Notes: generated by a model not told the origin, from the sequence alone. A stretch of DNA of 18,102 bases from Verrucomicrobiales bacterium (GCA_031411295.1 JANOAV010000126.1:1-18102), one strand, 5' to 3'. Shown: positions 1 through 9,532, counted from the first letter of the stretch. Numbers and translations: made by a program.

Positions 1-94
1 GGGCATTCTGCCCCCAAGCCATAGCGCTGGCAGATTTCAAATAGCGTTACCTTGGGGGACGGCTCTCGGCTTGGGGGCAGAATGCCCCCGCCAC
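1..94. repeat. REPIN-like inverted pair of GTGG-type REP palindromes (left arm cut by window edge)
   Basis: 1-20 GGGCATTCTGCCCCCAAGCC is the exact reverse complement of 68-87. The right arm read on the minus strand is GTGG-C-GGGGGCA-TTC-TGCCCCC, a tetranucleotide followed by a hairpin. The spacer is 47 bp. Confidence 0.75.
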
Positions 95-107
95 ATCTCT
101 TAAAACA

Positions 108-3100
108 ATGCTATCCAAGATTGTAGAAATATCCCTCCGGCATCGGAACATTGTCATGGTGCTAGCACTCGCGTTGCTGGGCTGGGGCGGTTATGTGGCT
201 ACGCAGGCATCGTATGATGTTTTCCCGGAATTCGTGGGCGCTCAGGTTACCATCCAGGCCGAAGCCCCTGGACTCAGTGCCGAGCAAGTGGAAGTCCTCG
301 TCACTCGGCCCATCGAGAGCACCGTCAATGGAGCCGCCGCGCTGGAATCGGTCCGTTCGGAAAGCATTCAGGGATTGAGCGTCGTGACGGTGGTGTTTAA
401 AGAAGGGACGGACATTTATCTTGGCCGCCAGTCATTGGCCGAAAAATTGGGAACCCTTGCGCGGCAGCTTCCAGACGGTGTTCACGCGCCCACGCTTTCC
501 CCGCTCACTTCATCCACGATGGATTTGTTGAAGGTGGGATTTGTCTCGGATAAACTTTCCGGTCGGGAAATGCGCACGTTGTTAGACTGGACGATCAAGC
601 CGCGTTTGCTGGCGGTGCAGGGCGTGGCGGCGGCCAGCAGCTTTGGCGGAGAGGTGGAGCAATTGCAAATTCAAGTGCAGCCGGAGAAACTAGCAGCCTT
701 CGATCTCACCATGACGGATGTCCTGGAATGCGCCAAATCCGCCACCGGCGTGCGCGGAGCGGGCTTCATCGATACCCCAGCTCAGCGCGTGGTGATTCAG
801 ACCAATGGACAAATGTTTACTCCGGAAGAAGTGGGGGCTGTCGTCGTGCGCAAAGGCGCTCCCGTGGTGCGCTTGCGGGACGTAGCAAACTTAGTCCTCG
901 GGGCTGAACCAAAATTTGGCGACACCCTCATCATGGGGAAACCCGGGGTCTTGATCACCCTGAAAAGCCAATACCTCGCCAACACGCTGGAGGTCACCGA
1001 GGGTCTGGAGAAGGCCTTGGATGAACTAAAGCCGATGCTAAAGGCCAAGGGGATTAAGACCTACGATCGCCTGCATCGACCAGCCACCTTCATCGAGACG
1101 GCCCTGGCGCATGTGCGGGAATCGCTCATGATCGGTGGTGCGTTAGTGGGCATCGTGTTGCTATTGTTTCTCATGGACCTGCGGATCGCGCTGATCTCGT
1201 TTGTCTCCATTCCCTTATCGTTGCTGGCAGCAGTGGTGATCTTGGATTGGCGTGGGGTTTCGTTGAACACCATGACGCTGGGAGGCTTTGCCGTGGCGAT
1301 CGGCGTGGTGGTGGACGATGCCATTATCGACGTGGAAAACATCCTCCGCCGTCTCCGTGAAAATGCGGCCCTCGCGAACCCTCGACCGAAGCTACGAGTG
1401 GTGCTGGACGCCTCTCTCGAAGTGCGGAGTGCCGTAGTTTATGCCACCTTCATCGTAGCCGTCGTCTTCATGCCAGTGCTGACGATGACGGGGATTCAGG
1501 GAAAATTTTTCGGCCCGCTGGGCGTGGCATTTATTCTCAGCATCCTGGCCTCACTGGCCGTGGCGCTGACGGTCACGCCGGCCATGGCGTTGGCTTTCCT
1601 GGGGAAATCAAAACCTCACGAAGAACCGAAATGGATCAAAGTGCTGAAGGATTTCCATCAAGACTGGCTGTTGTTTTTTGCGCGCTGGCCGAAAGCTACC
1701 TTGCTCGGCGGCCTGATGCTAGTCGGCGGAGCCTGTGCCCTGGTTCCGTTCTTTGGCGGGGAACTATTGCCAGAGTTCCGTGAAGGTCACTTCGTGGTGG
1801 CGGTCAAATCCCGTCCCGGGATGTCCATCGAAGAATCCCTGCGAGCAGGGAAGCAATTGTCAGATCAAATGCTCACCAACGAGCACATCGCCACCGTCGA
1901 GCAGCAAGTAGGCCGTGCTGAAGCGGGCGAAGACACGTGGGGACCGAATCAAAGTGAGTTTCACATTGAACTGAAGCGCGGCACTACACCTGCGCAGGAA
2001 GTGGAAACCCAAGCGTTCCTGCGGCACATGTTGGAGGAGTTTCCCGGCGTGCAGAGCGAAGTGCTCACGTTCCTGGGGGATCGCATCAGCGAATCCATCT
2101 CCGGGGAAACGTCGATGGTGGTCGTCAATGCGTTTGGCGAGGATCTGGATCAACTGGATGGCGTGGCCAAGAAAATTTCCGCGCAACTCAGCGCCACGAC
2201 CGGCAACGCTGACGTGCAAGTCAAAGCCCCGCCGGGCGCTCCCGTGCTGGCCGTGAATCTGCGCCCGGAGCGCCTAACGCAATTCGGTTTCCGCCCGCTG
2301 GAAGTGCTTGAAGCCGTGCAAACCGCCTTCCAAGGGGCGGATGTGGCACAGATGGTGCGGGGGAATCGTATCCACGAACTCTCCGTGATCCTCAATGACA
2401 ACGCGCGTCGCGATCCCGAAACCGTGGGCGATCTCTTGCTCGTGAATGGCGATGGCGTGCGCCTGGCGCTCAAGGAATTGGCCGATGTGGAACTGATCAA
2501 CGGACGCCCCAGTATCAATCATGAAGGTGCCAGACGTCGCCAAACCGTCACCTGCAACGTGGAACACCGAGACGTCGCTTCCTTTGTAAAAGACGCTCGA
2601 GCCCGCGTCGAAGCGCAGGTGAAACTGCCTGCGGGAGTTTATCTGGAATGGAGCGGAGCCGCCGAGGAACAAGCCAAAGCGCAGCGGGAAATTCTGATTC
2701 ATTCGTGCATCGCGGGTCTCGTCGTCATCATGCTGCTGTGCCTGGTGTTCCACCGCGCCAGCCACGTGGCGTTGGTCTTGGCGAATTTGCCCTTTGCGTT
2801 AGTCGGTGGAGTCATTGCCGTTTTCGCGCAGGGCGGACTCACCAGCATTGGCTCGTTGGTGGGCTTCGTCACCCTATTTGGCATCAGCACGCGAAACAGC
2901 ATCATGCTCATTTCCCACTACGATCACCTTGTCACCCAAGAAGCCGCCGAGTGGAATCTAGCCACCGTCGCCCGTGGAGCCAGCGAGCGACTCGTTCCCA
3001 TCCTTATGACCGCCCTCGTGACCGCCCTGGGCGTGCTGCCACTGGCCCTTGGCAGTGGCGAAGCCGGACGCGAAATCGAAGGACCCATGGCCATCGTGAT

Positions 3101-3209
3101 CCTCGGCGGGCTGGTTTCTTCCACCTTGCTGAATTTGTTGGTCCTGCCAGCCTTAGCTTGGAAATGGGGCCGGTTCGAGGGGCCGAAGGAAGAAGCTTTC
3201 GCTGATTGA
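108..3209 (+). CDS. Heavy-metal efflux RND transporter permease, CzcA/CusA family
   Basis: 1033 aa with RND topology (N-terminal TM, large periplasmic loop, TM block, repeated twice). Motifs include D-VFPE, NTMTLGGFAVAIGVVVDDAIIDVENI, and RLVPILMTAL...PMAIVILGGL. Confidence 0.95.
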   Translation: MLSKIVEISLRHRNIVMVLALALLGWGGYVATQASYDVFPEFVGAQVTIQAEAPGLSAEQVEVLVTRPIESTVNGAAALESVRSESIQGLSVVTVVFKEGTDIYLGRQSLAEKLGTLARQLPDGVHAPTLSPLTSSTMDLLKVGFVSDKLSGREMRTLLDWTIKPRLLAVQGVAAASSFGGEVEQLQIQVQPEKLAAFDLTMTDVLECAKSATGVRGAGFIDTPAQRVVIQTNGQMFTPEEVGAVVVRKGAPVVRLRDVANLVLGAEPKFGDTLIMGKPGVLITLKSQYLANTLEVTEGLEKALDELKPMLKAKGIKTYDRLHRPATFIETALAHVRESLMIGGALVGIVLLLFLMDLRIALISFVSIPLSLLAAVVILDWRGVSLNTMTLGGFAVAIGVVVDDAIIDVENILRRLRENAALANPRPKLRVVLDASLEVRSAVVYATFIVAVVFMPVLTMTGIQGKFFGPLGVAFILSILASLAVALTVTPAMALAFLGKSKPHEEPKWIKVLKDFHQDWLLFFARWPKATLLGGLMLVGGACALVPFFGGELLPEFREGHFVVAVKSRPGMSIEESLRAGKQLSDQMLTNEHIATVEQQVGRAEAGEDTWGPNQSEFHIELKRGTTPAQEVETQAFLRHMLEEFPGVQSEVLTFLGDRISESISGETSMVVVNAFGEDLDQLDGVAKKISAQLSATTGNADVQVKAPPGAPVLAVNLRPERLTQFGFRPLEVLEAVQTAFQGADVAQMVRGNRIHELSVILNDNARRDPETVGDLLLVNGDGVRLALKELADVELINGRPSINHEGARRRQTVTCNVEHRDVASFVKDARARVEAQVKLPAGVYLEWSGAAEEQAKAQREILIHSCIAGLVVIMLLCLVFHRASHVALVLANLPFALVGGVIAVFAQGGLTSIGSLVGFVTLFGISTRNSIMLISHYDHLVTQEAAEWNLATVARGASERLVPILMTALVTALGVLPLALGSGEAGREIEGPMAIVILGGLVSSTLLNLLVLPALAWKWGRFEGPKEEAFAD

Positions 3210-3319
3210 TGGCGTTGGGCGGAAATCGGGTTCATCGGTGACTTGATTTTTTCATTACTTTTGTCTAATAAACCCTTCGGCACAGGCGTTACGGCTGTGT
3301 AACCAATAAATCTTCCCCC

Positions 3320-4450
3320 ATGTCACCTTCCCAGCTTCCTCCGAGTTCTGAGTTTAATGCCTTTCCCGAAGGTATTCTTGCCGACCCTGCCATCCCGCAC
3401 GAATTTCCTGTATTCACTCCACGCAAGAAGGAATCTTATTTGCGGAGGCTGGGTGGGGGATCGCTGACGTTAAGTTTGCTGGTTCACGCCATTCTGATTT
3501 TAGTGGCCTTCTTCTTGGTGAAATTTGCGGTAGAGCAAAAGAAGGAAGAGGTAGTGGATTTCCTGCCGGGTGGCGGTGGCGGTGGTAAGTCCAATCAAGC
3601 CAAGGTCTCCGCCAAGCGGAAATCCGTCAGTATGAATTCACCCGTGAGCCGGATCGTGTCCGTTTCCCCCACCTCCACGGTCACCCTACCCGACGTGCCT
3701 ACCAGCAACATGTCGGCTAGTTTGTCTGGGTTCGCCATGCCAAGCGCTGGCGGTATGGGCGGGGGAGAAGGGGGCTTGAACGGCAGTGGCAAAGGTGGTC
3801 TGATGGGTAATGGATTTGGCAAAGGCGTTGGTCCGGGCGTCGGGGCGGCCTTTGTGGCCATGTTCGGCAAGAAATTGGATTCACGCCGCTTGGCCGTGGT
3901 GTTGGATGTTTCCAAGTCGATGCACCCATTCATTCCCACGGTGGTTAAAGAAGCCAACAAGATCAGTGGTGGTTGTCCGATCATGATGTTCTATGGTTGC
4001 GGCCTGCAAACTCCCAAGGACCGCAGCATCGAGCGCAAACGATCGGATAAGGCGAGCGGGCGCGACTTCGAAGAGTTCTGGAATGTTACTTTTGGCGCTG
4101 CTGGTGCCAAGCGTGATCGGAATGGTCCGATGCCTAATGAAGAAGTGTTCAAAGTGTTCGACGGTCGTCGTGACACCTACTATTACGAGAAGTTCGGCGG
4201 CTACGCCTGGCTCGCCCTGACTGCCAACGAGGTCAAGGATGCAGACGCCATTTACTGGTTTGCTGACTTCAAAGATGCGGTGGATCGGGAACAACTGGTG
4301 GAGCTGGCCAAGACCATGATCAAACGCCAGCAGAAGCTGTATGTTCACGCTTCGGGCGATGCTCCCAAGTCCCTCTCCTTAGTGGAAGAACTGGTCGTCA
4401 AGCCCACGGGTGGACAAGTTCTGAAGATCGATATTAAGCCGACCAAGTAG
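3320..4450 (+). CDS. Hypothetical membrane-anchored protein with Gly-rich linker and vWA-like C-terminal domain
   Basis: 376-aa ORF with a single TM (SLLVHAILILVAFFLV), a Ser/Gly-rich linker, then RLAVVLDVSKSM (MIDAS-like DxSxS) and a later AIYWFAD strand. Confidence 0.7.
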   Translation: MSPSQLPPSSEFNAFPEGILADPAIPHEFPVFTPRKKESYLRRLGGGSLTLSLLVHAILILVAFFLVKFAVEQKKEEVVDFLPGGGGGGKSNQAKVSAKRKSVSMNSPVSRIVSVSPTSTVTLPDVPTSNMSASLSGFAMPSAGGMGGGEGGLNGSGKGGLMGNGFGKGVGPGVGAAFVAMFGKKLDSRRLAVVLDVSKSMHPFIPTVVKEANKISGGCPIMMFYGCGLQTPKDRSIERKRSDKASGRDFEEFWNVTFGAAGAKRDRNGPMPNEEVFKVFDGRRDTYYYEKFGGYAWLALTANEVKDADAIYWFADFKDAVDREQLVELAKTMIKRQQKLYVHASGDAPKSLSLVEELVVKPTGGQVLKIDIKPTK

Positions 4451-4454
4451 TAGC

Positions 4455-5072
4455 CTACATTTCGTTCAATACGATCTCCCGGTTATTCCAGAAGTAACGC
4501 CATCCAGAGTAAACGGTCGTGAGCAGGGTCATGGCGATTAAGACCGTTCCCACTTGGTTCGTCCCCATTCCCGGCCACGTAAAGAACGGGCTGAACCACT
4601 GCATGCCGGGTTCTTGGCACGCTAGGTAAACCATGAAGTAGCTGGCCGTGCCGATTTGCCAGCCGGTCTTGTGTTTGCCCAGCCGATCTGCCGCCAGCAC
4701 GGTGCCTTTGGCGGTCGCCACCAAGCGCAGCCCAGTAACCAGAAATTCCCGCGCCAGCACCGCCACCGTGACCCAGCCGGGCAGAATGACTTTGGTCGTG
4801 CCAGGGTAGATGGTCTCGCTGAGCAAAACGAACGCAGCACACATCAGGACCTTATCCACCAAGGGGTCCATCAATTTCCCGAAATCCGTGATGAGACCAT
4901 ATTTCCGCGCCCAATAGCCGTCCAGGTAGTCGGTCACGGAGGCCACCCCGAAGATTAGCATCCCTGCGGTATAGGACCAACCAGCTCCCCAGCCATGGGG
5001 GCTGGCAGTCACGATGACGAAGATCACCGTGAGGACCAAGCGTCCGAGGGTTAGTTTATTGGGCAAATTCAT
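4455..5072 (-). CDS. pgsA: CDP-diacylglycerol--glycerol-3-phosphate 3-phosphatidyltransferase
   Basis: N-terminus MNLPNKLTLGR and the CDP-alcohol phosphatidyltransferase motif TDYLDGYWAR...TDFGKLMDPLVDK, plus AREFLVTGLR and LGKHKT. Start placed at ATG 5072. Confidence 0.9.
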   Translation of the reverse strand: MNLPNKLTLGRLVLTVIFVIVTASPHGWGAGWSYTAGMLIFGVASVTDYLDGYWARKYGLITDFGKLMDPLVDKVLMCAAFVLLSETIYPGTTKVILPGWVTVAVLAREFLVTGLRLVATAKGTVLAADRLGKHKTGWQIGTASYFMVYLACQEPGMQWFSPFFTWPGMGTNQVGTVLIAMTLLTTVYSGWRYFWNNREIVLNEM

Positions 5073-5147
5073 GTAGGCGGAGCGCATCTATGTGACAAGC
5101 CCTCTCAGCGTGCAAGTAAGAATGGACGGGCATGTCGAGTTTAGTCT

Positions 5148-5990
5148 CTACCGCCCCAGCCACCCGCCAATGACCGCACGGGCCAGAAAGTAAAGTTTCC
5201 CCAGCTTGCTGACCCGATACCGCTTCGTGAAGACTTGATAACCATCCGCCTCCATGAGATCCAGCACGCGGGTATAGATTCGTCGCATCGTTTCCGCCGA
5301 TCGGAGTTTGTGTTTGTCAGCGCGAGTGAGGTTTTGCAAGGCTGCGGCATACAGTCCCCGGGCGCGCTTGGTTTCCTCGCGCATCAGACCGAGGAATTCC
5401 GGGGTCAGCTTGCCCGCGCGGAGATCCTCTTCCTTAACGCCCTGCGCGGCCCGCGTCTCCTGAGGTAAATAAATCCGTCCCTGCTCTGCCAGATCGGCTC
5501 CCACATCCCGCAGGATGTTGGTTAGTTGGAGGGCATAGCCCAACTGCACAGCATAGTCTCGCGAGGCGGGCTCCGTGCAGCCGAAGAGTCGTGTGCTCAC
5601 CAAGCCGACGCACGACGCCACGCCATGGCAATATTTCTGAAGATCCTCCCAGTTGGCGAATTCTCGTGGCTCCACGTCCTGACGCACCCCTGCGATGATT
5701 CCCAGCATTTCCTCCGCAGGCACCGCATGGCGCTGCATCATGGCCACCACGGCCAGTTCCATCGGTTCAGGTCCGGAAATGTTACCCTGCACGACTGCCG
5801 ACCATCGGGCTAGTTCGGCATATTTTTGTTCCACGGTCCGCCCGGGTTCGTCTGCGATATCGTCAACGATCCGGCAGAAGGCATAGAATATCTGCATGTC
5901 CCGCCGGGCCTTGCGGGGCAGGCAAATCAGGGTCACGGCCAGGTTGGATTTACTCTGACGAACGATGCGGTCGATTTCAGCGGTTTCCAT
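5148..5990 (-). CDS. Squalene/phytoene synthase family protein (HpnD- or CrtB-like)
   Basis: Motifs YAFCRIVDDIAD, YCHGVASCVG, and LGYALQLTNILRDVGAD...GRIYLP. The ATG at 5990 overlaps the upstream stop (TAATG). Confidence 0.9.
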   Translation of the reverse strand: METAEIDRIVRQSKSNLAVTLICLPRKARRDMQIFYAFCRIVDDIADEPGRTVEQKYAELARWSAVVQGNISGPEPMELAVVAMMQRHAVPAEEMLGIIAGVRQDVEPREFANWEDLQKYCHGVASCVGLVSTRLFGCTEPASRDYAVQLGYALQLTNILRDVGADLAEQGRIYLPQETRAAQGVKEEDLRAGKLTPEFLGLMREETKRARGLYAAALQNLTRADKHKLRSAETMRRIYTRVLDLMEADGYQVFTKRYRVSKLGKLYFLARAVIGGWLGR

Positions 5991-7390
5991 TATCGCAGCA
6001 GCCAATTACAAATCATCACTGCGAAAATCATGACCGCCAGATCTCCCAGCAGTCCGGCCGTAATGGCGTGGCGCATGCGCTTGATGCCAACGGAACCAAA
6101 GTAAACCGCTGCAATGTAGAACGTGGTATCCGCACTGCCGTTGATCGTGCCCGCCATCATGGTGACCAGACTGTCCGGGCCACTGTCTTTGGCAATATCT
6201 GCCAGCACGCCTTGGGCCGCGCCTCCGCTCAGCGGACGGATAATCGCCATGGGCAGCAGTTTCTCTGGAAAGTGCAGCCACATCATCGGCTGATGCAGCA
6301 CATACTCGATCAACTTCAGCGCTCCCGACTCCCGCAACATGCGGATGGCGACCAGAATGCCGGCTACATAAGGAATCACGCGGAAGACCACCTGCACCCC
6401 ATCCTTGGCTCCATCCACTAGTTCTTCGAAAACGCGCACTTTCTTGAAAGCGGCATGGAGCACGAAGTAGCCCATGAACAAGGGGATGGTCAGCGCAGAA
6501 ATAAACGTCCCAAAGCGATGAAAGCGACCCGTCGGCAGCGGATCAAACAAGGCTGCCTCCGGCTGCGCTGGAGCCAAGGGGTCCGTGGAGGGACTAAGCT
6601 GGAGGAACCATAAGTGCAGGTCATGCATTTTCTGCGGGGCAAAAACGTAAATCCCGCAGAAGGTGAACGGCAGGAGCAAAAACAACGCCAGCACCAAAAT
6701 TTGCCAGACGGCCAATTTGGATTCGGCCATGGTTTCTTCCGGCACCGCCGTTTGTGCGGCCAAGGCTTCAGCTGCCTTGGCTTCCGCTTCGTCGCCCGGC
6801 TGCGGGGTGTAAATGGTGAATCGCTGTAGTAACTTACACGCTAGCACCGCCACCACGGTGGCACATAAGGTGGTGAGGAAAGCAGGCAGGACCACGGACG
6901 TTTCCCGGGTGGAACCAGCCGTGTGCAGCAGTCGGATTGTGCTCGCGGGAATCAGCGTAATCACTGCGGTGGACATGGCTAGGAGCATGCACATCTCGTT
7001 GGTTGCCACATGCTTGTGCGGGTTTAGCGACTGCATATGCGTCATGGCTCGCAGTCCCGCCGGGGTGGCGGCATTGCCTGCTCCCAGCATGCTTGCCCCC
7101 AGATTCATGGCGATCGCCCCCAGCGCAGGATGGCCCGCCGGAATCCCTGGAAAGAGAAAGCGCAGCACGGGCGAAAGCGCCCGGGAGATGATCAGAATCA
7201 TGCCAGATTTTTCCACCAATCGCATGATGCCCATCCACACCGCCATGAAGCCAATCTGCGGCAACATCACCTTCATGACGGAAAGTTCCGCTGCGTCCAG
7301 TGCTCCCTTCGTCACAGCATCGAGTCGCCCAAAAATGAGCGCACACACGACCGAAAGAATCATCATCCCAAACCAAATCCAATTTAACAT
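5990..7390 (-). CDS. SpmA/SpmB fusion (nucleoside-recognition 'Gate' domain membrane protein)
   Basis: SpmA-like half: MLNWIW, W.GIMR, LFPGIPAGHPA...LGAGNAATPAGLRAM. SpmB-like half: VFEELVDGAKDG, RPLSGG, GSADTTFYIAAVYFGSVGIK.MRHA. Start placed at ATG 7390. Confidence 0.88.
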   Translation of the reverse strand: MLNWIWFGMMILSVVCALIFGRLDAVTKGALDAAELSVMKVMLPQIGFMAVWMGIMRLVEKSGMILIISRALSPVLRFLFPGIPAGHPALGAIAMNLGASMLGAGNAATPAGLRAMTHMQSLNPHKHVATNEMCMLLAMSTAVITLIPASTIRLLHTAGSTRETSVVLPAFLTTLCATVVAVLACKLLQRFTIYTPQPGDEAEAKAAEALAAQTAVPEETMAESKLAVWQILVLALFLLLPFTFCGIYVFAPQKMHDLHLWFLQLSPSTDPLAPAQPEAALFDPLPTGRFHRFGTFISALTIPLFMGYFVLHAAFKKVRVFEELVDGAKDGVQVVFRVIPYVAGILVAIRMLRESGALKLIEYVLHQPMMWLHFPEKLLPMAIIRPLSGGAAQGVLADIAKDSGPDSLVTMMAGTINGSADTTFYIAAVYFGSVGIKRMRHAITAGLLGDLAVMIFAVMICNWLLR

Positions 7391-7397
7391 AGCGCCA

Positions 7398-7426
7398 ACC
7401 ATAAATCCCCTGAGCCCCGCGGGCAA
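7398..7426 (-). promoter_or_regulatory. Putative sigma70 promoter for a leaderless spmAB transcript
   Basis: The minus strand reads TTGCCC-17 nt-TATGGT-7 nt-ATG(7390), with no Shine-Dalgarno. Confidence 0.5.
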
Positions 7427-7508
7427 GCTCAAGCGCATTGGAAAATTCACGGCCTTGCGACGCTGCCGCCGAGCGCTCGTTGGCCCGTGCGTGACAGATA
7501 ACATGTTG

Positions 7509-7645
7509 CAACTGTAGGGGGAGCGCCCTTCGCTCACCTAATTGTAAAAGGAGCGCCTTCGCTCCCAGTCCAGAAGGAGTGATTACTGGGGACGAGGGCG
7601 TCCCCGAAACAATGATGGGGAGCGGGGGCGCTCCCCCTACGGTTG
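7509..7645. repeat. Nested REPIN of four GTAG-type REP units
   Basis: The outer arms 7509-7528 and 7626-7645 are inverted with 1 mismatch in 20 and carry GTAG/CTAC. The inner arms ~7541-7569 and ~7585-7613 are degenerate inverted copies. Each unit has its own hairpin (e.g. GGAGCG-CCTT-CGCTCC, GGGGACG-AGGG-CGTCCCC). Confidence 0.8.
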
Positions 7646-7658
7646 TTTTAAAGACGCC

Positions 7659-8498
7659 CTACTGTCCCGCCGCCGTCCCCGCCTTGGCCTGCTTGATGGC
7701 AAAGTCCACCAGCGGCTGGCATTGGAAGAAACCCTGCCACATGTTGTGACCCTGGCCCTTGGGAATGATGATTTCCATTTTGGCACCCAGCTTTTCCAAG
7801 CGTTCTTGGAGCGCTTGGGAATTCTTTTCCAAGGGCACCGTGACATCTTGATCCCCATGGATATGAAAAATGGGCACTTGGGCCTTGGCGAGTGGCATCA
7901 GGCGATCGAGGGGATTGAATTCCGCCAGCCTCGATTTCATTTCCTCCTGCGACAGCCCATAGGCCTTCGCTGCGATGGTCAGCCCCGGATAGCTTTCCAG
8001 ATTGCAGACGGGATAAATTCCCGCAATTCCCCCAACTGACCCTGGATGCTCGACGGCCCAATTGTAGGCCATCAATCCACCCCGACTCCGAGCCAGAAAA
8101 ACGGGCTTTTTCGACAGTCCTCGGCGTTCGGTGAGTTCCTGGTAAAGGCTGCTGAAAAGGTTGCTTCCCGCCGCATTGCCATACGATTCTCCCGCATCAA
8201 CGCCAGCAATCGCGATCTCCGCGGCGGTGAATTTCTCGAACATCCATTTCTCCTCCTTCCCAGGTAATCCCCGCAGCGTTGGCGCATACCAGATCCAAGG
8301 CAGCGGGCCGTTTGGTTTCGCTGAAGGGAGGATGAGGAACGCTTCGTGACCGTCGATTCTAAGGGTTTCGCCCGGCAGGGGCAGCGCCTTGGGCGGGATC
8401 TTGGGTTGGTCTTCCGCGCGTCCCCAGGAAGCGGCCAGAGTAAGCAGGAAGAGGACTAACGCAAAGCGCGAAACTGAAGTGGTGGAAGCGGAATTCAT
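7659..8498 (-). CDS. Secreted alpha/beta hydrolase (prolyl oligopeptidase/esterase-like)
   Basis: Signal peptide (RFALVLFLLTLAASWGRA), nucleophile elbow ARSRGG, IHGDQD and GQGH catalytic segments. The start is uncertain (8498 or 8528). Confidence 0.8.
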   Translation of the reverse strand: MNSASTTSVSRFALVLFLLTLAASWGRAEDQPKIPPKALPLPGETLRIDGHEAFLILPSAKPNGPLPWIWYAPTLRGLPGKEEKWMFEKFTAAEIAIAGVDAGESYGNAAGSNLFSSLYQELTERRGLSKKPVFLARSRGGLMAYNWAVEHPGSVGGIAGIYPVCNLESYPGLTIAAKAYGLSQEEMKSRLAEFNPLDRLMPLAKAQVPIFHIHGDQDVTVPLEKNSQALQERLEKLGAKMEIIIPKGQGHNMWQGFFQCQPLVDFAIKQAKAGTAAGQ

Positions 8499-8572
8499 AA
8501 GTGATCCGTAGCTCCAATCCTCCCCCATGGCACCTGAAAAATTCAGCCGCAGTCATGGGCTGGGATGTTGTC

Positions 8573-9403
8573 TCAAGGGGCGCTCTTATCCGCTGCCGGC
8601 TTGGCGTGTTGCTGGAAAAATTTCACGATCAACGCGGGAGCCTCTTTTAAAAAGGTGTGGTCGCCTGGGTGAATGCAAGTCACCACGGGATTGCCTTGGG
8701 GGGAAACGTATTCGGTGCAGAATTTGGACTCGCCCCAGGGCTGCCCGGCTCCGCAGCCGTTGAGTTTGATCAGTTTATCCATCATCAATTTCTGCCAGTT
8801 GAATTTCACCAATGAATCTGCTTCCCCGGCCACGTGGAGCACCGGCAGGGGCTTGAGTTCCGGCCCGCGCCCTGGGGGAAGGAAGGCGGCGGATGGGGCC
8901 ATGGCGGCAAAGACCTCGCCCCGCGTCTTCCACAAGAGATACGTGAAGCCACCGCCGTTGGAGTGACCGGTGCTGTAGATGCGACGGTCATCAATTTTAT
9001 AGTCGCGTTTGAGTTGTGCTAGCACCGTATCGAACAATTTCAGGTCTCGATCTCCTTGATCGCCCTGGATTCCCTGCCAGCCAGCTTTCTTACCCTCCGG
9101 ATCCACCAAGCGTCCGGGCGTATTCAGTCCTTGCAGATAAACGGAAATGGCTTCCGGCCAGAGTTTGTCATAACCGAAGGAGTTGAGCGCATTTCTCATG
9201 CTGCCGCCGTGGCCGTGCCAGGCGAAGACCACGGGGGCGGGCTTCGTGTTGGCACTTTCAGGAATATGCACCAACCCCTCGCGCGTCACGCCATCCACTT
9301 CCCAAGTTAGTCGAAAATCACCCGTCCTTGGTGTCACGGGCGTTTCGGCCGGACAGAAGAGCGTGGTCGCAATGAAGATGATGAAGGTGAGAAAGCGTTT
9401 CAT
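8573..9403 (-). CDS. Secreted esterase, LpqC/PHB-depolymerase-like alpha/beta hydrolase
   Basis: Signal peptide MKRFLTFIIF..., PVVFAWHGHGG, RIYSTGHSNGG (GxSxG), HVAGEAD and HPGDH. Confidence 0.85.
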   Translation of the reverse strand: MKRFLTFIIFIATTLFCPAETPVTPRTGDFRLTWEVDGVTREGLVHIPESANTKPAPVVFAWHGHGGSMRNALNSFGYDKLWPEAISVYLQGLNTPGRLVDPEGKKAGWQGIQGDQGDRDLKLFDTVLAQLKRDYKIDDRRIYSTGHSNGGGFTYLLWKTRGEVFAAMAPSAAFLPPGRGPELKPLPVLHVAGEADSLVKFNWQKLMMDKLIKLNGCGAGQPWGESKFCTEYVSPQGNPVVTCIHPGDHTFLKEAPALIVKFFQQHAKPAADKSAP

Positions 9404-9509
9404 GTCGTAGGTAAAACTCCCCAGGACCAGAATGGTTGCAGGAAAAAGCAAGGTTCGGGGCAGGAGATTGCGTCGCGTTGGCGCAGGCTTGGTAGTAGTT
9501 TTGTGGACT

Positions 9510-9532
9510 GGTGGACCGAAGGTCCACCCTCC
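9510..9532 (-). repeat. Single REP-like palindrome (GGAG variant)
   Basis: Perfect 8-bp hairpin GGTGGACC-GAA-GGTCCACC followed by CTCC. The minus strand reads GGAG-GGTGGACC-TTC-GGTCCACC. Confidence 0.6.

Noticed and set aside
3568..3850. GGT/GGC-rich low-complexity DNA
   Set aside because: It is explained by the Gly-rich linker of the 3320-4450 protein.
7391..7537. N-terminal extensions given by the ORF track (also 9511-9588, 14875-14934 and 9404-9451)
   Set aside because: They run through REPs or promoter-like sequence, or precede the family-typical N-terminus or signal peptide. Downstream ATGs fit better.
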